The position numbers were made by a program, and so were the translations under genes. This document shows positions 25,340 to 37,535 of a stretch of DNA of 64,000 nucleotides, in pieces. The notes under the pieces are model-generated. The model ran no database searches. It was not told the origin of the DNA and saw nothing but the letters and a program-made list of their open reading frames with translations. Each line of letters opens with the position of its first letter. Positions within the stretch are counted from its first letter, which is position 1. Source of the stretch: Octopus sinensis (taxonomy: Eukaryota); NCBI RefSeq assembly GCF_006345805.1, contig NC_043001.1:101680001-101744000 (forward strand). The letters are read 5' to 3'.

Positions 25340-25500
25340 ATTTATAAAGATATTTCTGTGTTCCTTTCTGTTGAAGAGCATGGGCTCGAAACGTAAAAGA
25401 CTTTCTCACTTCCCGAGCGTAAAACTAATACATCTGTTTGTTGTTTACACACCCATCTTCGTCTTTTGTTTTGTTTATTCTTTTGTAAATTCCAACTATA
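25340..25500 (+). mobile_element. Short dispersed element with a hammerhead-like motif (CUGUUGA family), 3' end fused to (TA)n
   Basis: ccttt-CTGTTGA-a-gagc-atgg-gctc-GAAAC-GTA-aaaga at 25363-25400. Related copies at 25625-25695, 38520-38650 and 41482-41635 (-). Confidence 0.7.
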
Positions 25501-25766
25501 TATATATATCATCAACATCGTTTAACGTCTGCTTTCCATGCTGGTATGGGTTGGACGGTTTGACTGAGGACTGGTGAGCCAGATACATACATACATACAT
25601 ATATATATATACTAATACATATGCATACTAATACATCTGTTTGTTTTGTACACCACCTGTCTTCGTCTTTTGGTTTTTTCGTAAACTCTCCCTACATATA
25701 TATATATATATATATACACACATACATACATACATGCATACATACATACATACATACATACATACA

Positions 25767-25796
<30 letters not shown>

Positions 25797-25797
<1 letters not shown>

Positions 25798-26154
25798 GGC
25801 CCAGTGGTTAAGGCAGCAGACTCATGGTCAAAGGATTGCAGTTACGATTCCCAGCATAAGAGGTATCAGATGTGGTGTGCAAGAGAGATCATAGTTGTGG
25901 CAGAGGGTGGTGGCCAACCCTGCTGTACTCTTTCACCACAACTTTCTCTCACTCTTTCTTCCTGTTCCTGTTGTACCTGTATTTCAAAAAGTCAGCCTTG
26001 CCACACACTGTGTCATGCTGAATTTCCCCGAGAACTATGTTAAGGGTACACGTGTCTGTGGAGTGCTCAGCCACTTGCACATTAATTTCAAGAGCAGGCT
26101 GTTCCATCAATCGTATCAGCTGGGTTCCACATCGTTGTAACCGATGGACTGTCA

Positions 26155-26155
<1 letters not shown>
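25797..26155 (+). mobile_element. tRNA-derived SINE, family C
   Basis: Head tggcccagtggttaaggcagcagactc..gttacgattccc; body ccctgctgtactctttcaccac shared with 49722-50029. Confidence 0.75.
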
Positions 26156-26184
<29 letters not shown>

Positions 26185-26188
<4 letters not shown>

Positions 26189-27090
26189 CTCATCATCATC
26201 GTCCATTTTTTATGCTGGCATGGATTGGACGGTTTGACTGAGTTCTGGAGAGCTAGTGGTTGCACCAGGCTGAAATTTCGAAGATCATACTTCACCACCT
26301 CGCCCCATGTCCTCCTTGGTCTACCTCTACCACCAGCACCAGTCACAACTATGATCTCTCTTGCACACCACATCTGATACCTCTTATGCCCAATTTTTCT
26401 CTCAAGTCGCTTACACTCTGCCGTACATGCACACTGACATTGAGCATCCAGTGGAGCATACCAGATTCCTTTCTTTCAAGCTTTTGCATGCCTTCCACCA
26501 TCAAAGCCCATGTTTCACTGCCATGGAGCTTGGCTGTTCCCCATACAGTCTGTCTTTCATTCTGAGGCAGAAGCCCTTTGCCATCAACAGAGGAAGAAGC
26601 TCTCTGAACTTTGCCAGTCAATTCTTATTGTAGCATCTATGCTCTCAGAGCATCATTTTCTTCCACTGCTGACTCGGTCACCTGGGTAATGAAAGCTATC
26701 AACTACTTCACAGTATTACCCCTGGCATCTGATGGAGTCTGTTACCTGTATACCAGTTACCCTTCCTCTGATATTGCTACACCTCTTATGTGTCCATAGC
26801 TTGCACCACTACACCTTACAGAGATTCTACCTTTTCTGCATATTGAGCAGGGCCTTTACCTGAAGGGATTCATGATTTGTCAGCTTTCCTACTAAGACTT
26901 TGGTTTTTGGTAAATTAACTCTAAGGCCTTTTGATTCTAGACCTTGCTTCCTCACCTGAAATTTTTTCTCCAGTTCTGATAGTAATTCAGCATAGAGGAG
27001 CTTCCAGGGGCAGCCAGTCTTAAATTCCTGTTATTAATTGGAGGACTATGATAAACAAGAAGGGACTAAGGACTGACTCTTGGTGGATTC
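26185..27090 (-). mobile_element. Old, internally deleted RTE LINE fragment
   Basis: Minus strand: LHGSETWAL..MLHWMLNVSVHVRQSVSDLREKLGIRGIRCGVQER and GRGRPRRTWGEVVKYDL; RT-end relics toward 27090; (cat)n tail. Confidence 0.8.
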
Positions 27091-27109
27091 CTACTAGTGT
27101 ATATATATA

Positions 27110-27345
27110 TCATTTACTTGTTTCAGTCATTAAACTGTGGCCATGATGGGGCACTACACTGAAAGGTTTTAGTTGAACAAATCAACCCCAGAAGTTATTT
27201 TTTATATCTGGTATTTATTCTGTTGGTTACTTTTGTCTCACAAGACTTTGGTTGGCCCAGGGCTATAATAGAAGACACTCGCCCAGGGTACCACACAGTG
27301 GGACTGAACCTAAGGACCATGTGGTTGGGAAGCAAGCTCCTTATA
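27110..27345 (-). mobile_element. SINE family A, internally deleted
   Basis: Reverse-complemented tail (tttacttgtttcagtcatt) and head (gtgggactgaacctaaggaccatgtggttgggaagcaagc). Confidence 0.75.
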
Positions 27346-27346
27346 T

Positions 27347-27672
27347 ATATAGAGGTTGAAAAGCTTGCCGTCCATTCTGTACGAGATCTCGATGCCAGGT
27401 GGAAGGTCATCTCATATGATGTGCAACAATGTCGCGATAAAGATGGTAAAGAGAGTTGGCGCTATCGCGCAGCTTTGCTTCACTCCAGAGGTGACTTTAA
27501 AGGGCTCAGAACTGCCTCCGTCAATCTGGACTCTGGCGTGCATATTGTCGTGGAGGAGTTTGAGGATCCAGATGAACTTATCTGGGCATCCATACTGGGC
27601 GAGAATCTCCCAGAGGAGCTCTCGCGAGACATGATCAAAGGCTTTGGATAGGTCGATAAAGGCCAAATAGCA
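27347..27672 (-). pseudogene. RT fragment of a second RTE-type LINE family
   Basis: LAFIDLSKAFDHVSRELLWEILAQYGCPDKFI..LHDNMHARVQIDGGSSEPFKVTSGVKQSCAIAPTLFTIF. Confidence 0.88.
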
Positions 27673-28422
27673 GAAAGAAAGAGAGAGAGAGATTAGAGTT
27701 TGACTTCCCAATTGTAACTCTTCTACTCTGTCAAATCTCTATTTCAACATTTCAGTTTGACTTAAATTACAAACATTTTTTTTTTACTTTTCTCTCTTTA
27801 GTTTTACATTCATTTTTAAATAATGTTTACAATTTGTGATAACTTTTTGCAAATATGAATTATTAAGTCATCTTTACAATTAAATATCCTTCCTACAAGT
27901 TGCCCACAGTTGGCTGTCAAGCAAACACAGTTATATCCCTTGTTCAAATCTACAAAATGCTTGCTGCATGAAGTTTTGAGCTTCTGACCATGTGAATATT
28001 TGTCTGGTAAACCTACCTACCAGTCATCGGGCCTAATCGACATCGTTATTACATTATAATTACAATATAAATATTGTCCCTTCTGTTTTCATTACCACAC
28101 AAACACATTTATCTATGTTATCATTTTGTTACGATGACAGCATAATTTTGTGAGTCATACCATAATTACAACCGGTACAATTTAATTTCAAATTGCATTT
28201 TATAATTTCAGCATTATTATAAATCTTAACATCTAGAATATTCCATGGCATGTTAAAAATATAATTTCTGCTGAAAATAAACTGGTTTGCCATCAGATAG
28301 GAATATTAAAGCTGGAATAGAAGAAGGTTGGTTAAGCACTCCACAAAATCAAATAACTTTGTTTTCTTTGGAATTTATCATCATCATCATCATCATCATC
28401 ATTTCATTATTTATTGCTATTA

Positions 28423-28456
<34 letters not shown>

Positions 28457-28474
28457 TTATTATTATTATTATTA

Positions 28475-28511
<37 letters not shown>

Positions 28512-29127
28512 GATTATTATTATGATTATTATTTTGTTGTTGTTGTTACTTTGTGAATTATAATTTTTCTCTTCTAAACAGAAGCAGAATCGGGATGAGT
28601 AAATCTGGTATAATCTCTCTCTCTATCTCGTTATATTTTAATTCTTCATTTTCCTAGTCATCACTGTTATCCACATTGACAGCATCATTGATACTGATGC
28701 CAACATCATCACCATCATCATCATCATCGTTCTTATCATAAATGTCATCCTCAATGTTATCAACATCCTTATTGTCATCTTCATCCTCCCCATCTTCTTC
28801 ATCATCATCGTCGTTGTCGTCGTCGTCATCGTCATTGTCACCATCTTCATTATTCTCATCATCACCATGGATGTCAGTCCCATTGTTGTTATCATCCTCG
28901 GTGTTTAATTAAGGAAAGGATGAAACCAAAACAATGCTGTGGAATTTTTCGTAATTTTCGATTTGCATAAATCTATCTGCCACGTGTTTTTGTCGTTAAG
29001 TTTTCTGGGTGTGAAGCAATCAGTATTCTGGGTATACATTTGTTAAATAACTTGCAAATTGCAGCCAAAGTTAAAGGTCAGACAACGAGTCCGCAATGTT
29101 AGGAATATGGAAAGATGGGAAGTAGAA

Positions 29128-29360
29128 TCTAATATTATTTCTTTACTACCCACAAGGGGCTAAACATAGAGGGGATAAACAAGGACAGACAAAGGAATTA
29201 AGTTGATTACATCGACCCCAGTGGTACTTAATTTATCGACCCTGAAAGGATGAAAGGCAAAGTTGACCTCGGCAGAATTTGAACTCAGAACATAACGGCA
29301 GACAAAATACCGCTAAGAATTCCACCCGGTGTGCTAACGTTTCTGCCAGCTCGCTGCCTT
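29128..29360 (-). mobile_element. SINE family B with target-site duplication
   Basis: Reverse-complemented family B sequence flanked by gaagtagaatctaatatt (29119-29136) and gaagtggaatctaatatt (29361-29378). More family B relics at ~29925-30112 and ~30540-30750. Confidence 0.88.
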
Positions 29361-30147
29361 GAAGTGGAATCTAATATTGTTAGTATTAGAATTGTTGCAT
29401 TATTTTACTATCTTTCTCGCTCTAACATCTATTAATTTCTCTCTCAGATTTCTTTTAACCATAGTTTGGCATAGTGCTTGGCCATTTTATTCTTGCTGCC
29501 AGAATATGATGAAGAGATTGCAAATGCAAAATGTCAGTGATCTCCAAGGACTACTGTTTATGGAGATCAAACATGGAATATTTTTGGTGACTAACTTTCA
29601 AAAAAAATGCTTTGATAAACTAACGGCCATAATTCTTGATGACTACCAAACTTCCATTTATTATCTGCAGTTTAGATAATACATTGAATTGTATAAGAGG
29701 AAAGCAAAGCGAAGGAGGTGGACCTGAAAGACATGGGACTGAACGATAGTAAACCTAACACAGCATTTGATTTAATGCAAGGAAACAGTCCTTTGATACT
29801 TCTAGTGGAGATCATTTTGTTGCAAGTATTCAGAGCACATTTTCCCTCCTCCTTAACCTCATTACTCTCGAAAATATTGACCAGTGAATATTTGCATTAA
29901 ATTTTGGAACAAGACCAACAATTTCAAGAGAGGTGCTAAGTCAATTACATCAACCACAGTACTCAACCTGTACTTATTTTATCGACCCCAAAAGGAAGGA
30001 AGGTTATGTTGACCTCGGTGAAAATTGAACTCAGAGCATAAAGACATCAAGACAGACAAAATGCCACAAAGCAGTTTGCCTGGTGACCTAATGAGTCTGC
30101 CAGCTTACACCTTATTAATAATAATAATAACAATAATAATGATAATA

Positions 30148-30540
30148 ATAGAAATCAAACTAAGCTGGATCATAGATATAGCATGCCCAGCCGGCATCAA
30201 GGTATGCGATAAGGAAGAAAGAGTAGTCGATAGATATGACAGGTTAGCTTGGGAAGTTAAGCAGTTGTGGTCGATGAAAAAGGTAGTAGTTGTACCAAAA
30301 ATTGTTGGAGCCCTGGGAAAACTGAGCAAAAATCTCGAGAAGTATGTGGAACAAATAGAGGCTGCAATAAGAGTGGAGCACTTAGAGAAAACAGCACTGC
30401 CTGGAACCACTCGAATACTCCGGAAGGTGCTTGAAAAATAAGAGGTGTTACCTTAATTCAATGATAATGAACAGCTGACACTGTAGTACATCTTCAGTGT
30501 TGAAAGCTGTGCAAAGGCAATAAATAATAATAATAATAAT
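30148..30540 (+). mobile_element. 3' end of an RLE-type (R4/Dong-like) non-LTR retrotransposon
   Basis: WIIDIACP..KEERVVDRYDRLAWEVKQLW..VVVPKIVGALG..EHLEKTALPGTTRILRKVLEK* is the restriction-like endonuclease C-terminus; a short 3' UTR and (TAA)n follow. Confidence 0.85.
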
Positions 30541-31051
30541 TTCAAATTGCAACTTAAGATCAGCAATTGCAAGAGAAGACCTAAGTAAATTAAACTAACC
30601 CCAGAGCATAACTGGTACTTATTTTATCCACCCCAAAAGAACGAAAGGTAAAGTTAATCTCAGCAGACTTTGAACTCATAACATAAGGCAGATGAAATGT
30701 CATTTAACATTTTGCCTGAAATGCAACAAATTCTGCCAGAGGACACTGCCTTATTCTTGAAAATATTTCACCTTTAGATATTCAGGTTGAGTATCAGTCA
30801 CATCAATCTTATTAGTCAAAGAGTGGCAACAAAGTTCAGGGATTGGTCTTTCCCCTGCTGGCTTATAAATAAAAATGTTCATAAATGGATGCGGCATGTT
30901 TATATGGAAATGGAGTTTGCTTCAACGCTGTGTCCAAGGTTTGAACTCACTGCACAGAACTTTAGGTGAGTTGACCAATGCATTGTGAATGGTTTTTATT
31001 CATGGAAACTGCTCAGAAACCTGGAGTGTATGAGCGTGTGTGTGTGTGTGT

Positions 31052-31096
<45 letters not shown>

Positions 31097-31744
31097 ATGT
31101 GTGTGTGTGTGTGTGTGTGTGTGCATGTGTGTGTGTGTGTGTGTGTATTTCATGGAAAATAGATGTTAAATGATGATGAAAATGGAATTGGTGTAGGACA
31201 TCGTGCAAACATGTAAATTAACCATTCAAACATTTTCACTATTTTCTCCAAATCCTGTTGCAATTCACAAGGAATTTTTGGTCCTCCGAAATCATCTTGA
31301 GTGTACAGGTTGACACCTAACATTTGTAACTAAATTTTTGTTTAAAAATTTCAACTTGCAAGCCAGAAAATACAGTATGGTCTAAAATCTAGTTGATGTT
31401 TATCTTGTAACTTTGTGGTTCAGCAAATAGAGATTGTTATAAAAAGACTAAAAAGGCTACAATATAATTGACTAAAAATTTTACTAAGTTGTCCCAGCAT
31501 TTCCAGTCAAGTGAATGGAACCAGTAAAAGAGTACAAGAATTGTCTCATCTCAGCAATAACCAGTGTCCTCACTCTCAACCATTTTTTCCTTTATGGAAC
31601 CGTCTGATCACTAATTTATTCAGGTGGACCCTCATAGCCATTCGGTGTTTAAAAGAAACCTTATTGTATATTTATGATTAGATATTATCTGGTATTGTAT
31701 AAAAAAAATTGCTGAAATATTTTGTGTATTGTAAAAGTGTAACA

Positions 31745-32245
31745 AATTTACAAACTTACTATTTTTAAATCTCACAATGAGAGATATTCAGCAACAGATT
31801 TTGTTTTGAGCTGAGTTGGGGTGCTATATTCCTTTGTTTGAAAATATAAAGACACAGATCATGTTATATAACCAGCTGAAGATGATGACTCCTGGGGCTA
31901 AATTACAGCAACATTCATCCTAAGCCAGGACTGCCATGTTATGTTGGCAAAAAGCTGTAACCAATTTATAGATCACTGACTAGTTGTCACTTTGTCAAAT
32001 GGGAATTTGGCAGCGCCACCTCTAGCCGAACAATTATTCTGTGCTGATGAAGGGAAATAACCCAGGAATCGTGATACACAGATATTACTTTGAGCTGAGT
32101 TGGGGTGCTAGATTCCCTTGTTTGAAAATATAAGGACACAGATCGTGTCGTGTAGCCAGCTGGAGACAATGTCTCTCGGGGCTAAATTACAGCAACATTC
32201 ATCCTAAACCAGGAGTGCTATGTTATGTTGGCAAAAATCTGAAGC
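31745..32245 (+). mobile_element. Tandem direct pair of a ~150-bp unit with a degenerate hammerhead-like motif between the units
   Basis: gagctgagttggggtgcta..ttgtttgaaaatataa..ggggctaaattacagcaacattcatcctaa..gttatgttggcaaaaa occurs at ~31808-31950 and ~32092-32235. ctgtg-CTGATGA-a-ggg-aaataa-ccc...cacag lies at 32039-32081. Confidence 0.75.
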
Positions 32246-34762
32246 CAATTTATTACGGATAAATTTTAACAAGAAAATCTTATATGGACCCCCAGCCCCC
32301 GCTGGGTCTATACACACCCTGGTTGAGAGCTATTTGTCTATGGAACCTCACTTGACCAGGAATATAACCAATTAATGCCAGGATTGGGTTGAAGCTTTCA
32401 AAAGTGAAAAAATAAGAATCTATTTTATTAACTCTTAATGGGATTAGTCTCAAGAGGAAGAATAAAAATCTGAGAAAAAACAACCAACAAAATCTTGAAA
32501 CTAAATTTAATTCTTTTGTCAATATATTCGTTTTAATTTCTTCCCTCACATCTTGTCTTTTGTTTTCTTTCTCTCTGCTTTTCTCTTCCTTCTTTTGCCT
32601 TACTTTTCTCTTTCATTCTTTCCATTCTTTCTTTTCTCTAACCTTTTTTCTCATTTTCTTTTTTTTTTTTCAATGTCTTTAATTCTTTAACACTGTTTGT
32701 CTTCAGTCTCCTGTCTATACAAGAATTTATCTTACAATTTGTTTTTCACTGTCATAAATTCTTTGCTTGCCCACCTGCTCATCCACCTGTCAGTCATTCC
32801 ATCTGCCTGTCTCCCTCTCTCACTCTCTCTCTCTTTCTCTCTCTCCCTCTCTCTGTCTCTCCCTCTCTCTGTATTCCTCTTGTCTTCCATACACTTGTCT
32901 CTTCATTTGTCTAATTTCTGTCTAGCTTTTTGACATATTACTTTCATATTTGCTATTATTTCACATGATCTCAAATCCTGGTTCTGCATTCATCCTGCAC
33001 TTATGTTACATTTATCGTTCACTTACTTTTTTAGCTTCAGCTTCACCCTGACAAAGAAGATATAGCCTCTTCATTCACTTCATCCTCCTTCTCCTCCTCA
33101 TCCTCCTCCTTCTCCTCCTCATCCTTCTCATCCTCCTTCTCCTCCTTCTCCTCCTCATCCTCCTCATCCTTCTCATTCACTTCATCCTTATCTTCCTCAT
33201 CCCCTTCATCCTCTTTATCCTCGTCATCTTCCACTTCATCCTCGTCCTCCTCATCCCATTCTCTCCATCATCCTCTTCATCACCAAAAGTCACATTAGTG
33301 CATCAAACGATTTTCAGTAACGTTTTTTTGCGCATCTGAGCTCATTCTCAAATATTATTAGTAAACAATCCACCCTGCTGGCCACCCAAATCTACCCTAT
33401 CAAAGCTGAGGGTATTCCCATATAATGTTTCCTCGTTCACAGCTTGTAATCAAAATCCATACATGGGAAACTGAAGAACCGTTACTAATGCTGCCAAGAG
33501 ACCCTCAGTATATCCACGTCGTCTACCTCCTCCTTAATCCTCTCTCTTATCTAATTACCTCCAACCATTACTGATGCTTCAAAACTTTCTCTCAATACCA
33601 TAATTGTTCATGTTCTAACTAAACTAATTAACTTGTCCCCTCTACTTTTCACTTCCTCCCTTAATGACTCTTCTCTTTCTACCACAAAATTTAGCCACCC
33701 TTAAAGCTTTCTTATCCCCCCCTTACCAGCATGCCATTATATCTCCTTTCTCCTTCCTCCTCCTCCTCCTCCTATTTTACTGACTCACCTTACAAAACTC
33801 TTCTGTACTCTATTTTACTTTACTCTTCTGTACTCTGTTAGCATCTTTATAATTTCCATCTTATTTTGGCACTTTCCTTACTCTTTCCAAGCTTCAATAT
33901 ATTCCATGCATCTGCTTGTGTCTCTCTGTTGAGCATCCCCTTTATATTTCTCTTGCACCCTTAATTTCTTTCTTGCTGCCTCTTTGTCTAGTTTCCCTAA
34001 TTTTTATTGCTAATTCTGTCCCTTTTTCTTCTTTGTACCATTAAATGCCATCATTTAATCATTACCTCCATCCCAGCAACCCCACCTTCCTCTCTCCACC
34101 CCATCTCTCTTTGTTTATATTTCACTTTAACCTCTCTCCTACTCTTCCTATCCCTCTATTTTCTTACTGAACTGATATATATTCATAAACACTGTTCTTA
34201 GTTAAGCTTTTGGCTCAAATCTTCCAATGAGAATAACCTGATTTTGCATCATGGTTCCCTCAGATTCCATGCTGGTCCATACACCTACAATATTATTGAA
34301 TCTCATTACGTAATATACACGGCTATGATATCAGTATTATTTATTCGAAACAGCTGTAAAGACTGGACTTGATGACACCATTTATTTTTGTATGCAGAAG
34401 TTTGCATGTAAATACATTCCTTATGCCTACTTTTGTCTATCTGTCCTTTTTACTCTTGATGAAGATTGAGTTTATAGTTGACTTCCTACTTCTGTGCCTC
34501 CTGCTTGGACGAAGGAGTAACAGTTTAAGCTTTGAGTACACCTGAGAACTCCCTGCTGACAATCTATGCTTATTAATGCATATTTTAGCATTCTTCATAT
34601 TCTTAATATGATGATGGTGGTGGTGGTGGTGGTGATGGTGGTGGTGGTGGTGGTGGTGGTGGTGGTGGTGGTGTGGTGGTGGTGGTGGTGGTGGTGATGG
34701 TGATGATGATGATTATGATGATGATGATGGTGATGATGGTGGGGATGGTGGTGATGAGGATG

Positions 34763-34798
<36 letters not shown>

Positions 34799-34825
34799 GT
34801 GATGATGACGGGGATGGTGGTGATG

Positions 34826-34864
<39 letters not shown>

Positions 34865-35661
34865 GTGATGATGGTGGTGGTGGTGGTAGTGGTAATGACG
34901 TTGATATGATTACGATATGTATGCACGTGCGTGTGTGTGTGTGTGTGTGTATTTGCTCATGTGAGTGTGGACTATGTATGCCTCCCTCCTCAATCAAAAA
35001 CTATTGTTTTGCAGAATACGAAACCCTGCTGTTTCCATGATTTACATGATGTCTGGCAGAAAGCTAAAAACCATTTCTTTCACATTCTGCCGCTTCCCAA
35101 TATTTTTTCTGATAGTTAAACCATTTATTAGAAAGAATTTCAGAGACATGTTTCTATCAATTTTTACAACTTTTATGGTTTGTTTACAATTTTCGTTTGT
35201 TTTGTTTGTTACAGTATACAATTGTTGTTCATATTGTTGTTGTTCTTCTTCTTATTGTCAATGTTATTGTCGTTGATATTGCTCTTGATATTTTCTGTTA
35301 TTGTTATCACAAAAGAAATCTGCTCCATCATTGTCCACTTCACCACCACCACCATCATCATCATAATTATCGTATTCCTCCACTGCAGCATTCACCTCCT
35401 CCTCTCCTCCTCCTCCTCCTCCTCTTCCTCCGCATCATCATCATCATCATCATCCCCATTATTATTATTGCTATAATTGTTATTACCCTCCTAAATGAAA
35501 GCATTACCAAAAATATGCTGTTTTCATTGTTGTATTTGCTCCATTGTTCTATGCATTTACGTATGTATGCATGCATGCGTGTGCATGTCTGCATGTGCGT
35601 GCATGTGTGTGTGTGTGTGTGTGTATACCTATATATATATACGTACATATATAAATACATA

Positions 35662-35870
35662 AGGTGGCGAGCTGGCAGAATCGTTAGCACGCCGGGTGAA
35701 ATACTTAGTGGTATTTCATCTGCCATTATGTTCTGAGTTCAAATTGCACCGAGGTTGATTTTGCCTTTCGTCCTTTCGGGGTCGATTAAATAAGTACCAG
35801 TTACACACTGGGGTTCGATTTAATCCTTTTGTCTGTTCCGTGTGTTTAGCCCCCTGTGGGCAATAAAACA
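35662..35870 (+). mobile_element. SINE family B
   Basis: ggcgagctggcagaatcgttagcacgccggg..gagttcaaattgcaccgaggttgattttgcctttcgtcctttcggggtcg. Confidence 0.85.
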
Positions 35871-35879
35871 ATATATATA

Positions 35880-35932
<53 letters not shown>

Positions 35933-36872
35933 TCACACATACACATACATTTATACATATGTAAAACTGTGTGTGTGTCTTTGTGTATGAATGTATATGT
36001 ATGTGCATAAGTATGTCGGTAGTCCATTGACAGAGTTACTTGATGATTGGATAAAATGTTTTGTAGAGTTCAATCTGGCCTTTTTGCCTTCTAAATCGAA
36101 ATTGCATTGAAGTCAGTTTTGTCTTTCTTCTTTTGGTGGCGTATGGCAAGTAAACAACCAGTCGAATATTGAAGTCACTCATCATTTTTATTATAGTTGT
36201 TGTTGTTACGTAATTTCTATGAACTGTTTCAATTCTCACCCAGGGGCCCTCAAGTAACAGCGAGCTGGACATTTTATTGTCTTAGAAGAAGTAATGATAT
36301 ATTTCAAGGAAAAGCAACCAATCACTTCATTTGTGCATTTGGTTTGCAAAATTCTTGAAGTAAATTCATGTGTTGAAGCAAAGACCCTCTCTAGACACAA
36401 ACCAAATTCTAAGAATTACAATTCCGTTAAAAGTTTCTTGTAATATTTGCAATTTTATAAGAGACTCAATTATTCTCAGGTTGTAAATGAATTTTTAGAA
36501 TGGAACTTGTAACCATGAGAACAATTTTTTTGTAGCCCTGATACATATGAGTTTCCTGGTATTTGATCATAGTATTTAAGAATGGGATTTGATATTATTC
36601 CAAAAGCTGCAATGATCATTGGAACAATTGCCATTCTTAGATGTCCATTTTTAAGACCTTCATTTCAAAGTACTTCTATTTACTCAACTATCCAAATCTT
36701 TTCACAGAGATGCTGCTGCCAGCTGAGACTGTCATGTCTGTGAGCGAACTTTTTTGTGAATGAGATTTTTTCCCACCATGATATCTTCTCTACTGGCCTA
36801 AATACTTTGATCCGTTTGAATAACGAACTCCCAAAGAACAGTGCTACTGAAGCAGGTTTGTGTTTCCACCAG

Positions 36873-36983
36873 CTTTTCTTATATGGGAGTCCAGACTCGT
36901 GGCATATAATCCAGTGCAAACAGGGGCCACGTCCATCATGGTGGTTAGTGTACACATTTGAGGCAAACATAAAGCATCCAGAG
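36873..36983 (+). CDS. Candidate internal exon (unidentified), LFLYGSPDSWHIIQCKQGPRPSWWLVYTFEANIKHPE
   Basis: Acceptor gtttgtgtttccaccag, strong donor GAG|gtgagc; 111 nt, phase 0-0, in a locally GC-richer unique patch. Competing minus-strand readings exist. Confidence 0.3.
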
Positions 36984-37422
36984 GTGAGCTGGAAAATAGT
37001 CTTTCTGGTTGTACCCCAAAAAGGGCAAGCAAGGCCCAGCATCATTTTCAAGAATGGTGGATTGGATTGGATAATTAGCTGACATTAATCTTGAGTTACT
37101 ATAATGAAGCCCATTGCTTCTGGCTTAAGTCCAGATGCAGCCAGCCACTGATGGGTCACATATGCATCAACATCACCATCCTAGACACTCGTAGATTATT
37201 TACTATGGAAAGAAAACAAGTGACCAACAAGTCAGAGAGGTTTTCATATACGTATATATATATACAAAATGAGAAAATGGAGAAATATATCTAAATCAAT
37301 CATCAACTATCAGATAATACCCAATCAATACTTTATTAAACCACTACACAATAGCAAAGGTATTATACATTAATATAGTACAAATATAACAAGACATAGA
37401 AATAGAAATACATTTACATTGT

Positions 37423-37535
37423 AGCTGACAGCTGTTTCGGCCGTGAAGACAGGTATGTCTCATTTAACCTATTAGCCATATAAAGCAGGTATAAATGAGA
37501 CATTAACAAGAATATCTCACGGCCTCTTCAGAGAT
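37423..37535 (-). ncRNA. Type-I hammerhead ribozyme with intact core and a long stem II
   Basis: Minus strand: atct-CUGAAGA-GGCCGUGA...UCACGGCC-GAAAC-agcu-GUC-agcu. All core nucleotides are present, stem III is palindromic (ACAGCUGU), and the predicted cleavage is after GUC (between 37427 and 37426). Stem I is only 2-3 bp. Confidence 0.7.

Noticed and set aside
33043-33290. Acidic D/E-rich minus-strand ORF
   Set aside because: Low-complexity (TCC/TCA/TCT)n repeat with no flanking coding signal.
36947-36992. Golgin-84/giantin-like tail anchor (HLWMLYVCLKCVH*) linked to the 42311-42354 peptide
   Set aside because: The resemblance rests on a few residues, splice phases do not match, and no preceding TM-helix exon was found.
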